Shown: positions 12,841-19,896 of the stretch, piece by piece
Numbering within the stretch: position 1 is the stretch's first letter
How the letters are laid out: each line of letters opens with the position of its first letter
Source: Chlamydiales bacterium
GTDB lineage: Bacteria > Chlamydiota > Chlamydiia > Chlamydiales > JAAKFR01
Direction: 5' to 3'
Length of the DNA: 64,000 nucleotides
Assembly: GCA_022601535.1 (NCBI GenBank)
Contig: JAJACK010000001.1
Location: 724,893 to 788,892 of the forward strand
Made by a program: the position numbers and the translations under genes
Notes under the pieces: generated by a model
Database searches by the model: none
Seen by the model: the letters and a program-made list of their open reading frames with translations, nothing else
What the model was told of the DNA's origin: nothing

Positions 12841-13916
12841 CAGAAAAAATATCTCGATCCCTTTTTGAAAATATTCTTGAACACTCTCCAGTTGCTGTTC
12901 TTGTGACAGATAAGAATGGGAAGATGATTTTCTTTAATAAAGAGGTCATAGAGCTTTTTGGCTATTCAAAAGAGGAGATGATAAATCAGGAAGTGGAAAT
13001 GCTTCTTCCAAAAAATATTCGGACCCAACACCGTAAACAGAGAAGTGATTATATTACGAGTCACTCTCCTCCAAGGCTTATGGGGGTTGGAAGAGATTTA
13101 TTTGGGGTGCATAAAGAGGGGCATTTTATTCCGGTTGAAATTGGTTTAAATCCGATCAAAGTGGATGGAAATCAACTTGTTATTGCAACAGTTATCAATA
13201 TCACAGAGCGGAGAAAAAAAGAAGATCAGCAGATTGGGCAATTGATTCGAAATCTCGAGCGTTCGAATAAAGAGTTGGAGGAGTACGCTCATCTTATTTC
13301 CCACGATTTGCAAAACCCTTTGTCTGTCGCTTATTCAACCGTTGAGATCATCGAATCTGAAATGAAGAGTGAGACAGTTCTTCCTTTTGTGGATAAACTT
13401 AAATCTTCTATTAGCGAGATGAGCGAATTGACAAACTCCTTATTAGCGCTTTCTCATATTGTTGAGGAGAGGGTAGAAAAAGTGCCTTTAGATCTCAATG
13501 AACTCATCAAAGAGGTTGTTGCTGATTATAAAGCAAAAGATTTCGTTCATGTAGGAGAATTGCAAACGATAGAGGGGGACCCAATTTTTTTGCGGGATCT
13601 TTTTAAAAACCTCATTGGAAATGCAATCAAATATTGTAAACCAAATCATCCTCCTCAGATTGAAATTTATGGAAAATCAGAAGAGCATTTCTATGCATTA
13701 AAGATTTGTGATAATGGAATGGGTTTGTCAGATACATCAGATATTTTTAAAATTTTTAAACGGCTCCCTGAAGGGAAAGACCAAAAAAAAGGGTTTGGGA
13801 TTGGGCTTGCTGTTTGTAAAAAGGTAGTAGACCTTCATCAGGGAGAAATTTCAGTGGAGAGTAAGCCCGGAGAAGGGACGACATTTACCATTAAATTCCC
13901 CCTATCTCAAAAATAA
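12837..13916 (+). CDS. PAS-domain sensor histidine kinase
   Basis: The ATG at 12837 overlaps the REC stop (ATGA). PAS region is present. H-box is ISHDLQNPL. HATPase boxes are NLIGNAIKY, DNGMGL and GFGIGLAVCKKVV..GEGTTF. Confidence 0.9.
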   Translation: MTEKISRSLFENILEHSPVAVLVTDKNGKMIFFNKEVIELFGYSKEEMINQEVEMLLPKNIRTQHRKQRSDYITSHSPPRLMGVGRDLFGVHKEGHFIPVEIGLNPIKVDGNQLVIATVINITERRKKEDQQIGQLIRNLERSNKELEEYAHLISHDLQNPLSVAYSTVEIIESEMKSETVLPFVDKLKSSISEMSELTNSLLALSHIVEERVEKVPLDLNELIKEVVADYKAKDFVHVGELQTIEGDPIFLRDLFKNLIGNAIKYCKPNHPPQIEIYGKSEEHFYALKICDNGMGLSDTSDIFKIFKRLPEGKDQKKGFGIGLAVCKKVVDLHQGEISVESKPGEGTTFTIKFPLSQK

Positions 13917-13918
13917 AT

Positions 13919-14881
13919 ATGGAATACACAGAAGTTAAAAATATCGTTTCAAAAGTGTGCCGTTTAGGGCTTGGAACATGGTCTATCGGTGGGTGGCTTT
14001 GGGGTGGAACAGATGAAAAGCAGGCGATTGATGCGATTCAATGCGCTCTTGATTTAGGGATCAATCTGATTGATACAGCCCCTGTTTATGGTTTTGGTCT
14101 TGCTGAAGAAATTGTGAGTAAAGCGATTTTAGGTAGACGTGATCAAGTGATTTTAGCGACCAAAGCTGGATTGAGATGGGAGCGTGGTAAAATCATTCGA
14201 GACTCGAGCTCAAAGCGCCTTCTCCAAGAAGTTGAAGATTCATTAAGACGCCTTAATACCGATTATATCGATCTTTATCAGGTACATTGGCCTGACAAAA
14301 CCGTCCCTTTTTTAGAAACGGCTGAAGTGTTGCAAAAATTGCAAGCCCAAGGGAAGATCCGCGCTTTTGGGGTGAGTAATTACTCCGCCGAGATGATGAA
14401 GGAGTTTGGGGAGTGCTCAACACTTCAATCTCCTTACAACATGTTTGAAAGAGAGATCGAAGAAGCAGAGCTCCCCTATTGTAAAGAAAAAGGGATCTCA
14501 ATCCTTGGGTATGGAGCAATCTGTCGTGCTCTTTTATCGGGGAAGATGACAACTAAGAGGGTCTTTGAAGGAGATGACCTAAGAAAAAATGATCCAAAGT
14601 TTATTCAACCTCGGTTCGATTCTTATCTTGCATGTGTGGAAATACTTGCTAGATGGGCAAAAGAGCATTACAATAAGCCGGTGATCGCTCTGGCTATACG
14701 TTATGCATTGGATAAAGGGATTGATATTCCTCTTATTGGATGTCGAAAAAAGGAACAACTCAATTTTCTTGATACTCTTTGGGATTGGAAATTGAGCAAC
14801 GAAGATCTAAGCGAGATCGAAGAAATTTTAAACAGCGTGGCCAACCCTGTTGGTCCAGAATTTATGGCACCAAAAATATGA
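13919..14881 (+). CDS. aldo/keto reductase family oxidoreductase
   Basis: AKR motifs LGTWSIGG, IDTAPVYG, DLYQVHWPD and FGVSNYS. Starts 2 nt after the kinase stop. Confidence 0.9.
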   Translation: MEYTEVKNIVSKVCRLGLGTWSIGGWLWGGTDEKQAIDAIQCALDLGINLIDTAPVYGFGLAEEIVSKAILGRRDQVILATKAGLRWERGKIIRDSSSKRLLQEVEDSLRRLNTDYIDLYQVHWPDKTVPFLETAEVLQKLQAQGKIRAFGVSNYSAEMMKEFGECSTLQSPYNMFEREIEEAELPYCKEKGISILGYGAICRALLSGKMTTKRVFEGDDLRKNDPKFIQPRFDSYLACVEILARWAKEHYNKPVIALAIRYALDKGIDIPLIGCRKKEQLNFLDTLWDWKLSNEDLSEIEEILNSVANPVGPEFMAPKI

Positions 14882-15870
14882 AAAAATCATTTATCACAAA
14901 AGAAAAACTCCCTCTTGTTATTGAACCTGAAAAAAGTACACCAACCTTTGAACAGTTTTTGAAATATGTTGAAGAAAATCGAGAAGAAATTTCTCAGCTA
15001 GTCGTTGATCATGCAGGTGTCTTGTTTCGAGGATTTCCAATCGTAGGAGCGGAAGGGTTTAATGCTGTGATTAAAACACTTAATTTGGGGAAAGCTCTTG
15101 ATTATGTGGGAGGAGATAGTCCTCGTGATAAGGTGAAAGGGAAAGTGTATACTTCAACAGAAGCTCCTCCTTCTCTTAAAATCCCTCTACATAATGAGAT
15201 GAGTTTTATCAAGGACTATCCAAAACATATCTATTTCTACTGCCAAACACCATCTCCTGTTGGAGGAGCGACAATTTTAGGAGATGCCAGACGGATCTAT
15301 GATGGTGTAAAATCTGATGTTCAAAAGCGCTTTACAGAAGGAAAACTTCGGTATGTTTCTAATTATTATGGAAAAAGCATTCTCTTTGATCTGATCAACA
15401 AACTCCAAAGGGGACATAAAACATGGATGGAGGCATTTGAAACAGAAAGCCGTTTGGAAGCTGAAAAACGGTGTGATGCAAATGCTTTTGATTATAAGTG
15501 GAATGGAGACTGGCTTCAAGTTTCCCAAACATGTCCTGCTATTTTAGACCACCCTGTCACAGGTGAACCGACATGGTTTAATCAAGCGCACCTATACGAT
15601 TTTAATCCTAAGTTGATTGGATTTTGGAATTGGATTGGGACCAAATTGATCTACGCCAAGCCAAATACAATCATGCATGAAATTTTCTTTGAAACAGGAG
15701 GAAAAATTCCAAAACAAGATCTCTATCACATTTTAGATGTACTGGATGATCAAACAATCTCCTATCCTTGGCAGGAAGGTGATTTCCTTGTCCTAGACAA
15801 TGTTTTAGCAATGCATGGAAGGGCTCCTTTTGAAGGGAAAAGAAAAATATTAACAGCACTTACTCGATAG
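14878..15870 (+). CDS. TauD/TfdA-family (clavaminate-synthase-like) Fe(II)/2-oxoglutarate dioxygenase
   Basis: The ATG at 14878 overlaps the AKR stop (ATGA). H-x-E facial-triad motif LHNEMSF plus distal DNVLAMHGRAPF. About 330 aa, typical of SyrP/CAS-like hydroxylases. Confidence 0.75.
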   Translation: MKKSFITKEKLPLVIEPEKSTPTFEQFLKYVEENREEISQLVVDHAGVLFRGFPIVGAEGFNAVIKTLNLGKALDYVGGDSPRDKVKGKVYTSTEAPPSLKIPLHNEMSFIKDYPKHIYFYCQTPSPVGGATILGDARRIYDGVKSDVQKRFTEGKLRYVSNYYGKSILFDLINKLQRGHKTWMEAFETESRLEAEKRCDANAFDYKWNGDWLQVSQTCPAILDHPVTGEPTWFNQAHLYDFNPKLIGFWNWIGTKLIYAKPNTIMHEIFFETGGKIPKQDLYHILDVLDDQTISYPWQEGDFLVLDNVLAMHGRAPFEGKRKILTALTR

Positions 15871-15907
15871 CATATAATTTTCTTTTGTGGTAAATTTTTC
15901 CGTATAA

Positions 15908-16201
15908 ATGGATACACCTCCTCCTCCACCTTCTCGTGCTCCATCCCGCCTTGCTTCAACCTCGAGTTTAGCTAGGAATTCAAATTGCTGTTCTCAAATT
16001 TGCACATTCACACTTCTTGCTATTTCAGTGATTGGGACAGTTTGTGGGGTTTTGATCTACCTCTCTTTATCGGGCCAAATCGCACCGATCAATGCATTTT
16101 CTTCGATTCCGATCGCAAGTAGTTACTTAATGATAGGGGGAGGAGCACTTCTCTTTATCCTCTCATCGATCGCACTTGCCTCTATAGCAAATAAATCTTA
16201 A
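15908..16201 (+). CDS. small membrane protein, Inc-like (Pro/Ser-rich N-terminus plus paired hydrophobic segments)
   Basis: 97 aa. N-terminus is MDTPPPPPSRAPSRLASTSS. Then two about 21-aa hydrophobic segments (FTLLAISVIGTVCGVLIYLSL, YLMIGGGALLFILSSIALASI) follow. Confidence 0.5.
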   Translation: MDTPPPPPSRAPSRLASTSSLARNSNCCSQICTFTLLAISVIGTVCGVLIYLSLSGQIAPINAFSSIPIASSYLMIGGGALLFILSSIALASIANKS

Positions 16202-16210
16202 AGTAAAGGC

Positions 16211-17296
16211 ATGTCTGTCGACCTCTACGATCAAACAAATATCGAGACATTGGTTTGGCCAAAGGGAGAGGAGAGTGTTGGAATGCAACACTTTTTTTTG
16301 CCTTTATTGAAAGAAGGGGTGAGCTCATTTGTCTCAAATATTGAAACGACATTCTACCTTCTCAAAGTGGATGATCTTATCTTTCCATTGACTGTCAATG
16401 AAATGGAATATGATAATTCCTATCTTACATCTAATTATTTTTTGATTTCGAGCCGACAAGAAAGGGGATATCAATCCTTTTTCCATCGTGGACTTGTAAC
16501 AGCAGCTGGGGGATTTTTAAAAGGGGTGAAAATCAATCGGTCGGTTCTTGTCAATAATTGGCTGTTAAGTGCGGCTACTTTCCCTCAAATCTCGTTGAAG
16601 CAGCTTAGGCATATGACAGAATTTTTAGTCGACCGTTTTCCATCCCACACATTGATGTTTCGAAACCTCTTCCAAGAGCAACTCCTCCCTTTTCACCACC
16701 TCAAATATGGGATCAATAAGACAAGAGAGGTTTACTGTTATGATCCAGGCTTTGGGCTGGATAAAAAAGCGCGTTACCATCACAGAAGAGATCATCGTTT
16801 AATTTCAAAGCTTGGGTACCACATTTTAAGAGGAGAAGAGCTACAAGGAAAGGAAGAGAGGATCATCGATCTCTACAACCAGATTTATATCAAAAAACAT
16901 ACAAACTATAGTCCACACTACACTGAAAAATTCATCAAGAGTGTGTTTAAAAGCTCTTTTTTCTCGATAACAGCTCTCGAAAAGGAGGGGCAGATCGATG
17001 GAGTTTTCATTTCGTATAGGCGAGATAAAAGCATGAGTGTCCCTTTCTTTGGCTATCAATTAGAGTGTGATTACACGCAACAGGTGTATCGAATGCTCAC
17101 CATCCTTGCAATGGGTGAAGCTAAGCAAAAGGGGCTTTTTCTCAATGATGGTTCTGGGGGTACAGTGACAAAAGCACAGAGGGGAATGAGACCCTTTTCT
17201 GAGTATATTGCTTTCTATGGAAGACATTTAAGTCATATTAGACGAGCATTTTGGGCTCTTGCAGATCATTTGACAACCTCTCCTACCATAAAGTGA
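16211..17296 (+). CDS. hypothetical protein (possibly tandem GNAT/FemAB-like acyl- or aminoacyl-transferase fold; unverified)
   Basis: 361 aa soluble ORF with no antisense competitor of comparable quality. The family call rests on general resemblance only. The 3' end overlaps the convergent DUF3419 gene by 31 nt. Confidence 0.5.
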   Translation: MSVDLYDQTNIETLVWPKGEESVGMQHFFLPLLKEGVSSFVSNIETTFYLLKVDDLIFPLTVNEMEYDNSYLTSNYFLISSRQERGYQSFFHRGLVTAAGGFLKGVKINRSVLVNNWLLSAATFPQISLKQLRHMTEFLVDRFPSHTLMFRNLFQEQLLPFHHLKYGINKTREVYCYDPGFGLDKKARYHHRRDHRLISKLGYHILRGEELQGKEERIIDLYNQIYIKKHTNYSPHYTEKFIKSVFKSSFFSITALEKEGQIDGVFISYRRDKSMSVPFFGYQLECDYTQQVYRMLTILAMGEAKQKGLFLNDGSGGTVTKAQRGMRPFSEYIAFYGRHLSHIRRAFWALADHLTTSPTIK

Positions 17297-18339
17297 TAGA
17301 CAAAGCAATTATCTTCTTGGTTGAGTGTCTCTTCTAGCTTTAGATCCCGCTTGAGATGTTGCTTGAGGTGTTTTGGAACCTCGTAGTCTGTCATAAATTG
17401 TCTGATGCAGAAGCGAGCTCCTGGTTTTGCCACACGGATTGTAGATGTGAGCATCTTTTCAAACGCTTTTTCAGGGATATAGGAAGCGACATCAGAAAGG
17501 GAAAAGCGGTCAAAACTTTCATCAGGAGCTTTTTCAAGGTAAGAGAGAAGATCGATGGTTTCAAATGAAACAGAGTCGAGTTGTTTGATGATTTGAGGAA
17601 TACATTTTTCATGTAGATAGGGGGGGAGAAAATCATGGTCGAATTTCCCTCTTAAAATGAGGTTCATCAATAAGCTCTTTTTTGCAAGAGAAGTGTGGAG
17701 ATAATGGTTGATCCGTTCATGTAAAAATTTGCCGGTATGAAACTCAGCGGCAACATATTTATAGAGACCAGGATCTTTTGAAAAGCGGCGAAAAAGATGA
17801 ACAAATGTAAAAAGGCGTCTCCAGGCTGCTGTATCAAATTCATTTTGAACAAACCGTTTTTGCTCTTCAATGCAGTCGAAGGAAAAAAGGGTTTCTATTT
17901 TTTTTCGTCGGCAAACCTGGGCAAGAGTAGAAGAAACTTTTGCCATTTTTTCGATGGCTCCTTCAAAAAGGACCCCCTTACGCACTTTTAAATGGTTTTT
18001 TTCCCAGAGCTCAAGAGAGTGGGGAGTGAGCTTTCCTTTGAGGCTTTTGTAGTGTTCTAATCGTTTATCCATAGGTTCTAAACCTAAGAACGCAATGTAG
18101 TCGTTGTAATCAAATGTTTTCAAAGCGGCTGCTTTGAGATCAAAAAGAGCATTTTGAATTGGGTTTGCATCGATGGTGACCATCTCCTTGCAAGGAGTTG
18201 AAAGGAGATTTAGAGGACGATCTCCACTTGCTGTTACACAAAGGACACGGTCTTCAGGAGTGATTTGAAGTGCTTTTTGTTCAGTGTTCCAATCTTCATT
18301 TCCAAAGCTATAGCTCAATCGATTATAGAATGTTCCCAT
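17266..18339 (-). CDS. DUF3419 / BtaA-like SAM-dependent 3-amino-3-carboxypropyl transferase family protein
   Basis: N-terminal LSYSFGNEDWNTEQKALQITPEDRVLCVTASGDRPLNLL matches the conserved Y-x-Q-x-W-E-D...AL.I...D.VL.I.SAG block of the BtaA/DUF3419 family. 357 aa. Confidence 0.6.
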   Translation of the reverse strand: MGTFYNRLSYSFGNEDWNTEQKALQITPEDRVLCVTASGDRPLNLLSTPCKEMVTIDANPIQNALFDLKAAALKTFDYNDYIAFLGLEPMDKRLEHYKSLKGKLTPHSLELWEKNHLKVRKGVLFEGAIEKMAKVSSTLAQVCRRKKIETLFSFDCIEEQKRFVQNEFDTAAWRRLFTFVHLFRRFSKDPGLYKYVAAEFHTGKFLHERINHYLHTSLAKKSLLMNLILRGKFDHDFLPPYLHEKCIPQIIKQLDSVSFETIDLLSYLEKAPDESFDRFSLSDVASYIPEKAFEKMLTSTIRVAKPGARFCIRQFMTDYEVPKHLKQHLKRDLKLEETLNQEDNCFVYHFMVGEVVK

Positions 18340-18351
18340 GTGTCCTTTTAG

Positions 18352-19092
18352 TTAAAACCGTGTCAAAAGAGCTAGTCTAGCTCCCACTTGAGTGTATTTA
18401 GTATCTACGTAGTTGAAGGGGAATCCCTCTCTCCCACCATAGTGGCGATACTCAAAGAAAGGGATACAACCAAAACGTAAGCCAAGCCGTGCTTTTGGTA
18501 GAGAAAGAATTAAAGGGACCTCAACTCTTACATTGATCTCCTCATTCATTTGGATAATAACGTTTTCACGGGCAGGGTCTTCTGTCACTTTTGTCTTTGC
18601 TTCTTGCATGAACATCATTTTGAAGTTAACACCCATACTTAGCAGAGTAGAGAAATTGACACCAGATAAAAAGCCAACGGGGATGTAGTTAAATGTATTG
18701 GTAAATTTGAAAGGGATTGGAGTTGGAGATCTAAAATCATTCTCTTCATGAAAATAACCATAACCTGTGAAGAGAGAGAAAAAATGGTCTTCCTCGAAAA
18801 AAGTGTAGCCAATACGCCCCTCATACACTTGATCTGTTAACTCTGAAACAATGCGACGTTGTGCTCCAGAGTGTCCTTTCAAGTTGGCAACACCGTTTAA
18901 ATAATCAGCTCCTAAATAGAGAGGTTTGATTCTATCATAGGTAAGTCGGATACCATTGAACTGTCCATTTTGTTGTGTCCCACCATCACGCATCCGTTTG
19001 ATACGCGAAGTTTCTACACCGACGGAGAGTTGAGCGTAAAGGGGACACGACAAAAGAAGTAGTAGAGAGAGCGCGATTTTCATTTTTTCCAA
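18352..19092 (-). CDS. outer-membrane beta-barrel protein (porin/OMP-like)
   Basis: Signal peptide MKIALSLLLLLSCPLYAQ. Alternating aromatic/hydrophilic beta-strand pattern. Terminal ...ARLALLTRF, where a C-terminal Phe is an OMP signature. Confidence 0.65.
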   Translation of the reverse strand: MEKMKIALSLLLLLSCPLYAQLSVGVETSRIKRMRDGGTQQNGQFNGIRLTYDRIKPLYLGADYLNGVANLKGHSGAQRRIVSELTDQVYEGRIGYTFFEEDHFFSLFTGYGYFHEENDFRSPTPIPFKFTNTFNYIPVGFLSGVNFSTLLSMGVNFKMMFMQEAKTKVTEDPARENVIIQMNEEINVRVEVPLILSLPKARLGLRFGCIPFFEYRHYGGREGFPFNYVDTKYTQVGARLALLTRF

Positions 19093-19180
19093 TTGTCAAC
19101 CTTAACACGATTGAATTTTTCATTTGAGTAAAAAGATTCGTAGAACTTATTCTTTTTTTTCATGAAGCTAGGAGAAACGT

Positions 19181-19867
19181 ATGCGCGGATTATTGATCTT
19201 TCTAATGACTTCCACAGCTTTTGCTGAAACGATCACCCTTACAACTGATTATGAAGAGTTTATCTTTAATGTTAAGGCAGACCAGACGATTTCTGAGATT
19301 ATTGATAAAGCAGATTTCTTTTTAGGTGAAACAGATCAAATTGTTTTAGAAGTTTCGAAAAAGCACGATGCTCTAAAGTTTTGGGACCGTGAAGTGGCGA
19401 GTCGAGGGCAATATCTTGGCTATCCACGAGATTATTTGGCAGGAGTTTCAGAGCATGAAAAGAATGCAATTCACTATATTGTCAAGACATTGGCCAACAA
19501 GAATCTAATTGCAATTGGTTTGTTAAAATCAGAACTCGAAGTTGCAGGAGATCGGATCGATCATGTGCATCCTCTCCATTTTTTAAGAACGATTTTCACA
19601 AATGATGAATTAAAGGTTGGTGTTCGAAATATTCGAGGGAAAGGATGGATTTGGAATTCATTCACTTCTGGAATCAAGGAATCTCTCAGCACGGAAATGG
19701 AGGTTGGAAACTTGAAAGAAGAGTTTATCATCGATTTTGCAGAAGCTGTGAAAATTCATCCAGATAAGATCTATCCCTATGTCTACTCCCGAGATTGGGA
19801 TGGATTAATCGACCTGCTAATCAAAGAAGTTCCTCGGGAAGATGATGGCAATAGATATGATTGCTAA
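19181..19867 (+). CDS. secreted hypothetical protein
   Basis: Signal peptide MRGLLIFLMTSTAFAE. 228 aa. No family recognised. Divergent from the OMP gene. Confidence 0.5.
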   Translation: MRGLLIFLMTSTAFAETITLTTDYEEFIFNVKADQTISEIIDKADFFLGETDQIVLEVSKKHDALKFWDREVASRGQYLGYPRDYLAGVSEHEKNAIHYIVKTLANKNLIAIGLLKSELEVAGDRIDHVHPLHFLRTIFTNDELKVGVRNIRGKGWIWNSFTSGIKESLSTEMEVGNLKEEFIIDFAEAVKIHPDKIYPYVYSRDWDGLIDLLIKEVPREDDGNRYDC

Positions 19868-19896
19868 TAATTATAGCTCCAGATAACGTGACGGTA

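Noticed and set aside
14779-14877. Upstream extensions in the ORF track. Examples: 14779 for the dioxygenase, 12801 for the kinase, 38364 and 40194 for the CgeB-like genes, 19861 for the reductase fusion, 48203 for a receiver and 1449 for rpsC.
   Set aside because: Internal ATGs with an RBS and/or a 4-nt stop-start overlap give N-termini that match the family starts. The extensions overlap the upstream genes heavily.
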